A stretch of 60,874 bases of DNA, the filler included, from Dugesia japonica (Eukaryota): NCBI GenBank assembly GCA_001938525.1. It is 6 parts of 6 records of this genome, joined end to end, with 100 filler letters (N's around TTAATTAATTAA, not from the genome) between each part and the next. Parts side by side here need not be neighbours in the genome. Positions count along the whole stretch, not along the records: positions 1 to 10,720 come from MQRL01431784.1; positions 10,821 to 19,084 come from MQRL01620961.1; 4 more parts are not named here. One strand, 5' to 3'. Positions 1 to 14,400 of this stretch are shown one piece after another (position 1 is the first letter of the stretch; every line of letters starts with the position of its first letter). Position numbers and translations under genes: made by a program. The notes under the pieces were generated by a model, which ran no database searches, was not told the DNA's origin, and was given only the letters and a program-made list of their open reading frames with translations.

Positions 1-1
1 A

Positions 2-457
2 ATGGATGGACTAACAACGATGGAGTTGGCAAATCAACATTTCAATCATTCAGATATCCAATTGGTGAGACAAAATAAATCAATTTATTGTTAACATTAT
101 TTATTAATTAATTTTATTATTTTTTAGAAGGTAGATAGTAGCGCATCATAAAACAATAAAGTAAGTAATTAGTAAAAATACTTAAAATTAAAAAATTAAA
201 CTTGTAGATGAAGAGTTTTTTAAATTTTTATAAAATTAACCGGTTTACAGACCACAGGCCATTGTAGGTTAATAAAAATAAGTTATTATTAGAATGCTTT
301 TAGAACAGCGTGTGAAGAAAATGTGGATTTAATAACAAAATTACCACATCATATAAACAAACACAATAAAAAATATAATGAAAATCATTTTGTCTCAATT
401 CCGGACGAAGCATTAGTAGATATAACTGCAGTTACAAGTAAAAGATCCATTAAATAG
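2..457 (+). pseudogene. Decayed spliced gene fragment of unknown product
   Basis: Three short GT-AG introns (about 65-127, 161-207, 268-303) separate coding-like exons (MDGLTTMELANQHFNHSDIQL; ACEENVDLITKLPHH...). In-frame TAA/TAG present; AATAAA follows near 480. Confidence 0.3.
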
Positions 458-781
458 ATAAAAATACAGTGTTTATTCAAATAAATGATGTTAAATAAAT
501 TGTTTTTGAAATTGACTTTTTACTAGTGCTTTCTTAAAAATAAGAAAGCAATGATAAATATAATTAAGTTGATTTAAATAAATAAAAATTGCTCGAACAT
601 TTCTGTGCTTAATAAATAAAATTTTAAAATCTTAAATTCGATTTACTTTTAAAAATATTTCATTAATGTATATTAAATTCATTAATTAACAGATAAATTT
701 CAAGAAAACATTCTATTACTGTTAAGACCTGTACAGTTTTGAGACTACCAACTTAATTTCAAGTAATGAATTAATTACAAT

Positions 782-1020
782 AGTAGTTGGATAGTAGCGC
801 ACGGGGCCAACGCCCCACCTCCGAAGGAGAAAATTTTAACTGTCTCTGATTTTTAACGTTTTTATTGGCCACATATACATTTTTAAGATTTTTGATTGGC
901 CGAAATTTTAATGACAAGGTTTTGATTGATCGAAACTAACGATTTTGGCTTAAATTAATTGATTTTTATGATTGGTTTAAATTTACGGATTTTTGAGAAT
1001 TTTATTTAAATTAACTGATT
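782..1020. mobile_element. Candidate Polinton/adintovirus terminus
   Basis: Begins AGTAGT (typical Polinton terminal motif), then a GC-rich mini-hairpin GGGGCcaacGCCCC and repeated TTTTGATTGG-like motifs. Lies about 550 bp downstream of the PolB stop. Confidence 0.4.
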
Positions 1021-1343
1021 AAATAATATTCATGTATTTTCACAGAAAATCGTTGGTAAAATCTATTTCGTTAAAAATTTCAAATTTTGAAGTGAATTTC
1101 CCTCAGACAATATTAAGATTAGATGCTTATAAGACAATATTAATAATAATATATAAAAAACAAATGAAAAGACTAATCAAAACTAAATTTATGGTTGATA
1201 AACACAGATAATCACAGTTATTGTGTACAGTTGTTTAAATCTTGATCTTAATTGAAAATTAGATTTTAATAGTACAAATTAATTAGTTAAATAACAAAAT
1301 AAATTACCTGTAAATGTGATTCTTTTTACCTGAGCCTTTTTTA

Positions 1344-4300
1344 TTACGAGATAGAATAATGTCCGTATGAAACGCTTATGTTTTTGTCAGTCCATACTCT
1401 TTTGTCGTCATTATTGGTTAAGAAACTATACAGCTGATGGTTTTTTGTTCCTATTCTAAATTAATTAACTGAGACCAGCATACTGTAATTGTAACAATCG
1501 AGGTATGACAGATGATTAATGTCAGTACCTTTTAATGTTATATCCTTAGCCTTCATCGATTCCTTCTTGCTAAGTAAGCTATAACACTTTGGTCTGAGGA
1601 AAACCCATTCTTTATATTTCCTTCCTTTATTTTTGTCCTTAAACTTTATACCACCGAATTGAGTTCCCTGTTATAAAGAATGCGGTCTGGTGAGTAATTT
1701 GAAATATCTAATAGTCTGTCTTTTACCATCAGTGACAATAACTTTTCAAACCTTATCTTCCTAACTTTTAAGAAAAGCTATCGGTATCCCCAACTACTAT
1801 TCATATCTCACAATTTTCTTGTTTCCTTATACTTCTCTAGCACAATGTATTGAAGTCGATGTATTCGTAGTTTGCTTAAATAGAGAACTGTCTGTCCTAT
1901 GTAACTCGATCCTTTGAGACACACAATGTCTTTATTTAATTCTACCGCTATTAAATTTTTATGTTAATGGTTCTCCTAAACCATGGTTTTGAGTAATAAA
2001 TCATTAACTCTTTGGCTGAATTACATCTTTTCTGGTTTATTCTTTCAACTGATTTGCCAGACAAAAATTTGCTATTAGGTTATAGTAATTTTTTATACAA
2101 TTCATTCACACTTTCAGCTCTTAATTTGGTGTTTTCATCGATGTATTGCTTGAAAATATGATCTTGTGAAAATCTTACTGCCCTATAAACATTTGTAACT
2201 TGCACGCCTAATTGCAATTACATTTGCAGTAATCTCCAGTGCACTACGTAAATGAACTTTGAATAATGAGTCAACATTAATTTCTTGACCTTGTTTTTGG
2301 GGCACATTGATGCTCGGCTGTCATGGGTAAGTCACTGAGATAATCATGAAGTTCGTTGGGAATCTCAATGTCAACTTCTAGAGTATATCCATATTGTAAC
2401 GACTCGAGATCTTCATATTTACATTCTTCTAAAACTTCTAATCCACAATATATCAATCCAAAGTTTTTGTATGGTAACTTCTAGCTCAAAGCCCAACCAG
2501 GCAGGTTATTTATATTGATGTATAACAACTCTGTATTTTTAACTAAAATGGCATGGTGTTTGTTGACAAAGGTGAGCCCACTTCTATTTCCACCTTCCAA
2601 AAAGGTGTAAATGTCAGTATTAATCAATGGGTTCGTTTAACGTCATTAGAGCAGATGTCCAGCTCATACATGGAATGCTAAAGAGATTTAAGGGTTCCAG
2701 ACGGTTGTGAAAAATTGCTCAAAAAAGTCAGCTAGAAGAAAGACGTCGAGCTTTATGTACACCAGAATATATTCTAGTTTTTGCATTTCAAGATTTTCAT
2801 GTACAATAAGACAAGAACTTTTCACGTGTAGTTGGAATATAGCTAAGGCTCCAATGTGGGAATGGACGGAGTCTATACTTAAGAATATGATGCATGTCAT
2901 ATCCTCTTAAATTATGGAATACAACAGGTAATTGTATATATATTCTTCTGCTTAGATTGCAACTGTTGCATGCTGCACCCATATAATCATATGTAAAATG
3001 ATCGTGGTCTCTAACAAGATTTAATAATAATTTCTTACATAAATTACAAGTAGTATTAAAGAGCATTTCTTGATCTAGAGTTATATTTATTTTCTTTTTA
3101 CCATTATTCAAATAATACGGATGCACAAGTATCCTTGCTGATTTCCTCAATCTCTACAAAAATTTCAAAACATAGTCGCTTCTGATAAATTCTTGATATT
3201 TTGTTTCATTAGTGTAATTTTTAACTAGCAGAAGTCCGGCTGTAATAGGTAAATGTTTTGATAATAATCTTCATCTGGTGATAATACTGATTCAAAATTA
3301 GCGTATTTGAGAAATGGAGAACTTATAGTTTTTGAGTAGTCTTTAAATTCTAAGTTACGATCAATCGGGATGGTATATAATGTGGTACCTATCTGGATTT
3401 TACTACAAAGAGGTTCATGTATTTCAAAAGCTGCATTATCTCGATATCCATTCAAACAATTTAAGTACCATGTTGACGGTATTTGGATACCATTCTTTTT
3501 TATGTCTCTATTCATGAGTCTATCCAGATTTATTATGGTTGTGTAATAAAAGTTTTCATCTTCTTATAGTAATAAATTTATTTTTCTTCTATCAGTTATA
3601 TTTGATCTATGAATTATGTCAATATTTGTATGTTTCATTACAATATCATCGTCTTCAATGGCTTGCGATTTCCGAGAGAGTACATTTCTAGATAGTCCTC
3701 AGTTTCTTTCCTCAATTTTCGAATCGATATAATATGGTTCTACCAACCATATCTTTTTCAAGCATAGAAAGAACACTATAGATAAAACATAAATTATCTG
3801 TGTTCTGAGCATTGATTATTTCTATTTTTCTCGCAAAGTTACTAGGAGTAGGAATATAACCTCTTCCCGTAAGCCGACTTATATCGTTAGTTTTTGTTAT
3901 CTTCAAACTTATTTCCAAGATAATAATGTCCAACCACTTCTTAACTCTGGCCTAGTAATTATATTTTCATTCATTGAATTGATGCCTTCTTCAAAATACC
4001 TATCGCTTAAAGGAATTGCTCTATTCAATAATCTACATGTTTTTATTTCTTTATCTTTGGCAAATTCCGTATGTATTCCAACTTTTATTTTTACACTTTT
4101 TATTTCTTCGATTATCTTCAATAATTTTTCTATTAATCTATCCAGTAAAATGATTTGTTTTATATTTAATTTGGACACGTGAAGTTTCAATATTTGATGA
4201 GACTTATATAGGTCACTTTCTATTGTAGGTTTATTAAGAGAACCGCTAACTTGCGTATCTTCTTCATTTAAAAACTTTTGTAAATATATATCTTAATCTT

Positions 4301-4470
4301 CTTCTTTCATATATTCTTCATTCATTTCTTCGATTATTTCAAAATTACTACAATCTGGTTTCTCAATAACATTCACTTCTGGATCTAATTTTATTTTCTA
4401 ATATTTTCTAATATTTTCAATAGTAATTGTTTCTTACCAACAATAAAATATGACAAATGATGTACATGAA
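1344..4470 (-). pseudogene. Protein-primed family B DNA polymerase (Polinton/adintovirus type) with endonuclease VII insert, copy 1
   Basis: Motifs GRGYIPTP...INAQNTDNLCFIYSV, VRDHDHFT..GAACNSCNL, PVVFHNLRGYD, KLDVFLLADFFEQF, YINNL.GWAL, GYTLEVDIEIP, VGDTDS (about 1780-1795) and C-terminal DDKRVW...YGHY. Many stops and frameshifts. Confidence 0.9.
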
Positions 4471-7147
4471 ACCTATAAAATCCATTATAAAATTTAAAAA
4501 TAAAATAATTAAGTTATATCAATAAGTTAAATCATTGAGTTCAATTAAAATAATGAAATTAAGTAAAAATTATTAAGTTAAAATTTGATAATATTATTTT
4601 AAGTTTAAATCATTATAATAAAAATGGCAATGACAGTTAACTTAACAAAGTAAATACAATCATAACAATAAATATTGAAATGAAATTATATTCCAATAAA
4701 AATAAAATAATTAACTTAAAATTATTAAAATAAAATCATTAACTTATAATTATTAAAGAATGTCATTAACCGAAAATTTAATCTATTCATAAATTCCATT
4801 GTCATACTGTCATAAAATTCTTTAGACACATCGTTTATTTTTCCAGTCTAAAATATGTAAGCCCCATTGTTTACATTAAAGTTTTATACGATTTTATGGG
4901 TTTACAGGTTTTATATCGTGTGTGCAGCCCACTACTTTATAACTTTGTTTAACAATTGAAATTTGAATTTCCTTGTCTCGATGTTTTGCAAGTTTGATCT
5001 TACGTAAACCTTGGTGACCTTTTTAAATCCTTATATTAATATTTAAGATAATACATAATAATATAATAATATCGACTAAGTACTTGTTAGATCCATAAAA
5101 TACTGATAATAAAAATGATGATCTAATCCTAAAAACAGTAATCAATGATAAGAATTGTTGGGCCAGAACGCAAAAACCTAATAATAAGTAAATGAAGCAC
5201 TGATTTTAAAAATAATGAAATGAGCTTGAAAAATGTTAAATAATGAATGTGGAACTCAATGACTGTGATGTAAGAAAATGTAATGAGTGCTGGGTAGAAT
5301 AGCTAATGCGTGGCTAATTATTATTATTATTATTTTATTATCATAAAAGAACAAGTTTGCATAGATGAACCATATTTGAATTATACATTTTTTTTGCCAT
5401 TCGTGCATCTTATGTGTAAATATATATTAAAAATAATAATACGCTTATATCAGTAGAGGATTTGTTAACAAAATTGCCAGAGCAATTATCGGGATATGAC
5501 AAAAAAAATTGTTGTAGCAATGGTCAGAAGACTTATTGTTGAAGAGAATAGAGTTTCTTAAAGGAAGAGTTGAAACGAAGCTAATTTACATGTGTTGTCG
5601 TTATAACGGGAGCTCGATCAGATTTAACCCGTGACGCATTGATATTAACGCTTTTATTAATTGGATTTTATCCTATTTTATTATTTAACTGGGCAGTAAA
5701 TTGTTTGGTTTCATATAATAATAATTATAGTTTTGTTATGACATTTTAGTCGATAATTTAAATAAAGTAATTTTGTTATCTAGTTAATTTACTAATGAAC
5801 TGATTTAATTAATATCTGTTAAAGTAAACCGAAAATTGATCAACAATAAATCTCATTTAACTTCAGCTCAATGATAAGCTAGATCATTTAAGAATAATAT
5901 TGAGAATGAATTTGTCTTATTTATTTTGAACGATTGAATTGTGTTATTAAATCATAATTATGTCTGATTTAATATTCAGTAAATAAACGTCCACCGATTG
6001 AAAATATTAAGGATATTGTAAGAGAGCTCAGCACGAGTATGGGCAAGGGAGAATAGCTGGTATTAACGGTTATCTTCCCTGGTCTATACTCCAGGAGTGA
6101 AAGAACCCGGAAATATTAAGCCACACGCCTAAATGTCATTGTAAGAGATAATATTTTAATTATTTTGTTATATATTCTGTATTAATAAATTTTTAAAAGA
6201 TGAATTGACTAAATTGAAATTATGGAAAAATCGGAACAGTTTATGATTGGCCATACATCAACGCTTATGGCACTTATTTTATTGAATGTGATGATGTGCG
6301 ATCGATGGTGAAAAGTGAAAGGCAAAGAAGTAATACTGAAATCCGAGTTAGAAATTTTACTGTTCCAATTCACATCGAAAGAACAAAATACTCAAATTGC
6401 AAAACAACGCGATTGTGTCTATTAAATATGTAGAGCGTTTATTCAGAAAGTAACTAATCGACTTCCCCACAAGAGAATCTGAATCGCCAATGTTGCGGGA
6501 CCTAAAACAAGAGTTGTTAAAGCATACAGAGCAAGAGAAGGAACAACGAATAGTTTTGGAATTTTTTGGGTCTGAGCGGCGCCATTCAAGACATTAAATT
6601 TGATTGATAAGGGCAATAAATGTATTGATATAGATTTCTTCCTTTCATTTAAATGAATAGTAATATGTGGGTCACAATGATTTTATGACAAAGCTACAAA
6701 GTTAGACGTCAGTGTTATTAATCTAGAATACGTTAAAAGAATTTATGATCAGAGTGTTCAAAAATGAAATTTTATGTTTGAATAATTAAATCAACTTAGA
6801 ATAAATATTTGTGTATTATGGCTTATTACTTATAGTGTCCAAGCAAGCAGAAAGATCAAAGAATAAGCACAAAGATACTCGGTCAATAGAGAAGGCATTG
6901 TTGTTACAACAGAGGTAGAAGGAGAAACAGCGGAAGCTGCAGGTGGAGATATTGCGTCTGAAATCCCTACTTAGTAAATCTGAAACAAAGTGTCTGCAAC
7001 ACGAAACACGAAAAACTGCTTTGTAAATGGCAGATAAATTGATTACGGCAGGGAACACAATTTGTTCATAAATTACGAACTCTGTCTATGATGTATCAGT
7101 CAGCCAAATCAAAACAAGAAAAAGCGACTGACATTGTTGATTTAGAC

Positions 7148-8121
7148 TATAGGTTCCTAAAATAATTTGGTTTAATGTCCATTTTACCCTATTTCATAAA
7201 AAAATCACACGGCCCGGCTAAAAATATTTATCTTTTAAACGTTAATTAAAAAATAATTAATAACATATTGCTGTCTTTCACGTTAAAATATTTTTATGCA
7301 TAATTTTAAAATATATAACATCAAAAGTAGTTTTATTAATTCAAACTGAACAATTCGACTTTTGCATTGGCGAAGCTATGACTACAATATGAAATCTAAT
7401 ACACAATATTACTTTTATATTAAAAAAGTATAGGTATAAAATTTTTATTTATCTTGCTTACTTAATATATTACAAAGATTATTAAAAGAAATCAAACATA
7501 AATCGATTTTAATGTGAAGGATGAAGCTGATATTTTTTAGTAACTTTTCTATATCTGGATGTATTTTTATCAGCATAATTCTCAAATTTCCGCGTTCAGC
7601 TATTTGCAGGCAATTTATTTTTTAAACTTCTGACCGCACTAAATCCACGTTCTATAAAACACAGCATTTTGCCTTGGAAAATATAAATCAAATAGTTCTG
7701 CATTTAAAATCCCAAATAAACATGATTGTTTAATGCACGTTCTTAAAGTTTGTAGGATAATAAGTGACCATTATGTACCGAAAATATACTGAAAACGTCT
7801 GATTACAACCAATGATCTTGGTGTCTAAATATTATAATTCTTTAGCTTTAGAAATGTATTTTTAAGTCAGAGTTAGTATTGGATTGGTATTTGTTAAGCC
7901 TTTTGGATCGATTTATAAACTATTTACGTGTAATGTCTATGAAACAATAGATAAACCAAATAAAAATGTATCATGTGTAAAAATAGATTTAAATATTTTA
8001 TATTATTACTGGGCCAACTTTGGATCAACATGGTTCCACAAATATTCTGAAATCCGTCAGAGCAGCCTTTATTCTCTGGATACCGCCCGAAGGGCCATGT
8101 ACCACAGTTTGGGAACCTATG
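7148..8121 (-). mobile_element. Internally deleted hAT (Buster/Charlie) DNA transposon
   Basis: TIRs TATAGGTTCCTAAA / TTTGGGAACCTATG; 8-bp TSD ATTTAGAC (7140-7147) / ATTTAGAT (8122-8129). Transposase C-terminus ERGFSAV...RGNLRIML..IHPDIEKL...QLHPSH at about 7510-7660. Confidence 0.88.
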
Positions 8122-9829
8122 ATTTAGATGCTTAGGACATAAGTAATAAAAGTTTTGATGTAAATTGGGTTCATTTAATTATTTCGGCTATGTATAGCCA
8201 GTGATGATCACTTTCTTAAAAATCGATTTGTGTAAGTGCAGCGGTAAAAGTAAAACGCTTATTGATGAGTGTCCGCCAACATCAAAATCGTAAGACGCGG
8301 TACTACAAGGTCGCGCTGGACCTAGGAAAAAAGAAGGCATGACAAAGAGGTGTCATAAAGACTTTCGGGTTCTATATATGCCCTAGACTGATAAAGCAGT
8401 AGTGATTATGTGGATAAAAGTTGACCAGAAAAGAAGTTGACTAAAAATATGAATATCAAAAATCCAAGAATATCAACAGAATTTATAATAATTCTAAAAA
8501 TTCTTAAACTTTGGCTTGATTTACTCAATTATTTATTTTACAATTTTAAAATTTATATTTTAATTAAATGTGTTGGGGTTTCTTGCTAATAATTGGAACT
8601 ACCCCTATTAACTAACTGGAGTTCATTATAGAAAATTATTATTATTGCCAAAATTTATCAATAATTAAGGATCAATTTTATAATTACTATCGTCTAGCAT
8701 TATTACCTAATGAATTATTATGAGAAATTATTTATGGAAAAATTTAATCAATGTCAATAATCAATGAACATTTATTAATCATTATTTAATGTTTTAATAA
8801 TTACTACTCTTATTATAATCACCAAAAGAAATTCGATTACATAAAGTGTTTATTATCATTACTAAAATTCTATTAAACATTAAATTGTAGAAAAAATAAA
8901 TTAAACAAAGATATACTTGAGCCATTGATGGTCCGGAGCAAACACCTGATTATTTCGTTGTTGGTATCACGATTTGATTGTATTATATCCAACTGGCGAC
9001 TAATGTTCTTTCTTCTGTGCACTCGTGCGTCACTATTTGTTTAAGGTGCACTCGTGCGTAACCATTTAATTTCTGTTTAATCCAATTGATTATTGATGCA
9101 TCACTTCGGTCAGTCAATACTCACACACCCGTGCAATACTAGTCACCTTATGATTATTCTTATGTTTTATCGCTAGTTATCATGCCAACTGGTACGTTTT
9201 ATTTTTCCACCTGTGTTGATTTTACCAAGTCTTAAACCGTTGTTGAAAAATAAAAATTAGACTATTTCTTACTGCTTCAAAATCGATAATTTCAATTGTT
9301 TAGTTGAAAATTTTATGATAATTGATTACTAAAATTATACTAAATTTCAGCACGCCTTCTTTCTTCTCATTGACCAATGCATATGTTCTCATTTTTTTTG
9401 TATTTTCTTTGGACAAGATACTCAAATTCTATCACGTGATTTCTTATTATTGAACAAACTTTTGGAATTCCAAAATTATTGGAATTCGATTGGTTAATTT
9501 CAAAATTCTTACAACTTCTTTCTTAATATAGCAACGGTCTTCTGATTTAAATTTTTGAAATCTCTGATTTTTTCTAAACTATTATTTTCTTTACTCATAA
9601 ATTTTTTCTTAACCGTAAGCCTTCTTTTTTTGATATTTTTGTATAAATTAAAATTCTTTTTCTAATAAATTATTTTAATTTATATAATTTATTATTTTTA
9701 ATAAAATTAATTATTTATTTTCTTTTGTTCATAATTTATTAATTGGATTGCCAATTTTCTTTTTTAAATTGAATTTTAATTTAATGCAGTTGTTTTCTTT
9801 TAATAATTGATTTATTAATTTTATAAGAT

Positions 9830-10720
9830 CTACAATCTGTTATTTATGTAGAAAATCAATTAAAAATCCTGTAAAAGACCATGATCATTTCACTGGTAAA
9901 TATATAGGAGCTGTTTGTTCCAAATGTAATATAAGTAGGAAAATAAGGTTTGAACTTCCTGTTGTGTTTCATAATGTGAAGGGTATGATCTCCATCATAT
10001 TTTAAGGTATGAACTACGTAACTTTTCAAAGTGGGAGATTTCTTGCATTCCACTTACTAGTGAAAAATTCTTGAGTTTAACTGCAAATATAGATAAAGTA
10101 TCAGTAAAGTTTATAGATAGTTACCAATTTATAAACTCTTCTCTTGATGCTGTCTTTAAGACAATAAATTAAACTCCATTGACATCAAAGAAATTTAATG
10201 ATAGTAGACTTATTAAGACTAAGGGAATTTTTCCTTATAACCTTACGACTAGTTTAGAAGTTTTAGAGGAATCATTATCAATACCACCAATTTTGGTAGG
10301 AGTTTCTGAGGAAAATTACTTGAAAGCTGTTGAGATGTGGAAATTTTCTGGTTGTAAGAATCCTTTAGACTATATTATGGTCTATTTGAACTTCATGTTT
10401 TTCTTTTAGCTGATTTCCTTCAGCAATATCGGGCTAAATCTTTAGAACATAATAGATTAGAACCACTTAATTTCTTTTGTATTCCTGGAATGAGTTGGGC
10501 TTCTGCCTTGATTACTTTAAATGAACCAATTGAGCTTTTGACTGACAATGATATGTACACTTTCTTTGAAGGTGGAATTAGAGGAGGTCTTACTTTTGTG
10601 AATAAGCATTATGTGGCTGCAGATGATAATACTGAGCTTTTATACGTAGATATTATTAATTTATACGGTTGGGCTTTAAGTCAAAAGCTTCCTTATAAGA
10701 ACTTTGAATGGATTCATTCT
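9830..10720 (+). pseudogene. Protein-primed PolB, copy 2 (partial, cut by segment end)
   Basis: C..C...VKDHDHFTGKYIGAVCSKCN, PVVFHNVKG, FIDSYQF, KGIFPYN, EGGIRGGLTFVNKH, LYVDIINLYGWALSQKLP. Clearly homologous to copies 1 and 3. Confidence 0.9.
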
Positions 10721-10820
10721 NNNNNNNNNNNNNNNNNNNNNNNNNNNNNNNNNNNNNNNNNNNNTTAATTAATTAANNNNNNNNNNNNNNNNNNNNNNNN
10801 NNNNNNNNNNNNNNNNNNNN
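10721..10820. other. Artificial contig-joining spacer (44N-TTAATTAATTAA-44N)
   Basis: Palindromic 12-mer giving TAA in all six frames, centred in exactly 100 nt; identical at five places. Confidence 0.95.
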
Positions 10821-11400
10821 CAATTGGTGGTTATTTTTGGAATGACACATTGTAATTGTGTCTTTGTTTTATTTTTATTTTTAGGTTTTTTATTGGCCCG
10901 ATCTTGAAAGCCCTGAAGCAACCTTCTGGATGGTGGTAGGATTTTCTTCTTAACAAATTCTAATGTTTCTTACGATTTTCTTTCTGGATTTTCTTATCCG
11001 GATTCTCTCTGATTTTCCTGAACNGAGTTATTCGGGTAAAACGAATTTTTTAACTAATTTTACTTCTTTTTATTTCAAAATTAATTAATATTTTTTTGTT
11101 AATTGATTATTTTCCCATAATGATTTTCTTGATTTTATTATGAGTTTGATAATTTCTTTTAATTCCAATATTGATGTGTGCCAGCCCCATGTCACCTGGT
11201 TCTTCGTATCCCTCTCCAATTTTATTTTATACTTTTCTAATGGTTATTTTCATTACATCCTACCCAGATCTTAATTAATTTTCCTTTTGAATCTCATTAT
11301 TGATCAATATAAATGCCCTGCTGTTCTTCTTTGCTGATCTGGGCCTTTGGCCTTATTTTCCCCATTTAACGGGTATTTCACCCCAACAATATTCCAAAAT
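10821..11400 (-). pseudogene. Highly degenerate LTR-retrotransposon integrase relic
   Basis: GDMG (degenerate GHMG zinc-binding region) near 11190 and YHHPEG (SPYHPEG-like) near 10930; noisy sequence. Confidence 0.35.
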
Positions 11401-14400
11401 TGAAATTTGATTGTTGTGTTTCGCAGTCGAATTTTGCATAAGTTTCATATAAATTGGGTATGAATGAATACGATAAAGATGATACCTTTGAAAAATCGGA
11501 AATATTGGACTGACAATGCAACAATAGTGATTAATTTGGAAACTGATAGCGGATCAGTAAACCAAAACAAATTATCGCACAAAATCAAATTATTTGGATG
11601 ATTTTGTCTCCAAATTATTTAATGCCACTAAATCTACACATATGTTCAATATATGGTAAATAAGGTAACTGTTCTCGTTCCCAACTAGGAATCATTATCA
11701 AGAATTATTATCGAATTGTTGTAATGGAGAAAATCGAAACTCTATGGACAGATCTGAAAAATCTAACAAGATTTCTAGGAGTGGAAAAGTTATGAAAAGC
11801 AACTCAAAATACGAAAAGCAAAACCAAAATTTATCTTCATTTTATTTTCATAAAATTAACACACATATTTTATGTGTTTGATTTATAATTTCAAGCGAGT
11901 ATGTTTTAGTTTTGATTTCTTTCATTATATTTAATGTTATTTCAACAAAAAAAATAAATTNATCTAAGTAATACTAAAACCAGTAAAACATATCAAAGTG
12001 ATATAGAAAAAAAGAATATCTAATCAGAAGCCAATTAAACTTTGTCCAAACAAAGTCGTTCATCAAGAAATTGGTAAAAGCTTTACGTACGACACTCAGT
12101 ACGAGGCCGCAAATTCTAGGTGTAATATATTACAAAAATAAATAGTCTAAATGAAGCAATTTAACTCCGACCAACGATGATGTTTAAGAGGGACATTAAA
12201 TATAATAAATGAAAAATTCAATAATATAAAAGTAAAATACAAAATGGGAAGTGGTAAAATAAATTATGTAAAATATATTAGTATATATATATAAAAATTA
12301 TTCTCTATGTAACATCTTGGTAATCTTTGTGATGACTATTTCCATAAGTTGGTCATCATAAACAATAATCAATTTCTTTAAATCAATAACTATTTGTTCG
12401 ATTGAATCGAACCATTCCGATAAATTATTCAGGTTTCTGTTTGACCATTTGTTTGGTAATTTGCTATTGCTTATGAAATATTTATCGTTTAAAGTGCTAA
12501 CGTCAGATGAAGATATTCTCGAATCGAATCGAGCATCCGACATAGATCTAATAAACCAGATAGGAAGACTGAGTATCATATGACAAATTGATGTAGATAA
12601 TTTTTTTACATGTAACTGGTTGATTGAAACATTTTCAAACAAATCGATATTGATAATTTCATTAAGCTGCTGAAAAATGTTTATCAATCTTGATTTCGTA
12701 GTATCTATTAACTGTTGATCGATTATTACATCACCATCAATAAATTTCCTAAACAAATTGATAACAATTAATGAACAATAATTTTATTTCAATTTATAAA
12801 TAATACCAGAAGAAATCAATTAAAATTCGTTTCACATATTTTTGAAAAGCTTTCATATGACCGAAAATATACCATTCAAATTAATGCATTTATTGACATT
12901 AGAATTTAGTTCAAATAAATATTACATAAAGTCATTTTATATTAAACAACCTAATAATAATTGAATCACAATTTTTTGAATACAAAAATCAATATCGTTA
13001 AGGTCAATTTCAAAATGAGTGAAAATTAATTATATTTGTGGTTTTTATAATGTTATTATTTAACATGAAATTTATTCGACGATTTAATAATAATATTATA
13101 ATATAATAATAATATAATAATATAATATATAATATATAATTATAATATAATAATAATATTATATTATATTGATTTGTCTCTCTATTAAAAATCATCATTT
13201 TTCAAACCATTGTTACCAACATTCTTGAAATCGAGCATGTTGGTCATAGGCTTCTTCTGGGTAACTATCAGCAGTACTTAAATAATGAATTAAAACTTTG
13301 AACAAATGCTCTGTTGGTGGTACGAATATCTACATCAAACACGGACAAAGTGTAGCTCTTTGTTAATCTTTTGTGACTCAATTATAATTTTAAAATTACA
13401 ACTAAAATTTTTAAATTTCACTCCTATTTATTTGATTTTTTATGTGCGCAAAAAATAAAGTTTTTTTTCACTTTTTACCCCATCACGAAATTGAATACAT
13501 GAATTTTGCTTTTTATTTAATAAATTTAATAACAAATCTTAATAAAAATTAGAAACTTAAAAGAAAACATTTGGTTTCTTTAATATTACCTATAAAAATA
13601 ATAATAAAATTAAATTCAGATTAATGTTATATCGAGAACTTGTGGCTCAACAGCATTTTTAAAATTTTAAATACATAAACATCTGAGCACCTCTGATCTA
13701 CGTTGTTAATTTTTATGATAATAAAAACATTTCAGAATATTTGATATATATTCTAATATCAATACTAATCAATACAACAATATAATATACGAGTAAAATC
13801 TCATTTATTAACATATACACAACCACCTCTATTGAAAAGAAATTCGCACAATTAACTGGTGCACTTAGTATATCATTTAAATTTATGAATATTCAAATAA
13901 ATCGGTTTAAATTTTCAGTTTCAATAAATTAATAATTTAAAATTTCATTATTGATTTATTTTTACAAATTATAATTTAGTATTTTAAAAAATTTTACAAT
14001 GGAAAACATACGAAGTAGTTAAAACTTCACGATTCTGTGAAAATGTTGATAAATATTGATTATTCTTATCATCGATAATTCGAGCTATTGCGATATCAGA
14101 CAGAGTTCCATTGAGAAATTCCTTGATAATATTATGATTATTATCACGAAACTAAATAAATCAATATTTACCCTGATTGGTCCTGAAAGATTTAATAAAA
14201 TATCATTGAAAACTTTTCTTCCGTTATCTGACAAAATTTTATTATCGAAAATCAATTTGAAGACATATCGTATGTTTTCAAAACAGGGATTGACATTGGA
14301 ATATATCATTTGAGTAGTTTTAATGTCGAGATTATTTCCAACTATCAACTGTCTGAATAACTCTGTTTTAATCAATCCTCTATAAATATTGTCTACTGCT

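Noticed and set aside
10765-10776. TTAATTAATTAA as a biological motif or piggyBac site
   Set aside because: Always centred in 44N+44N; a synthetic linker.
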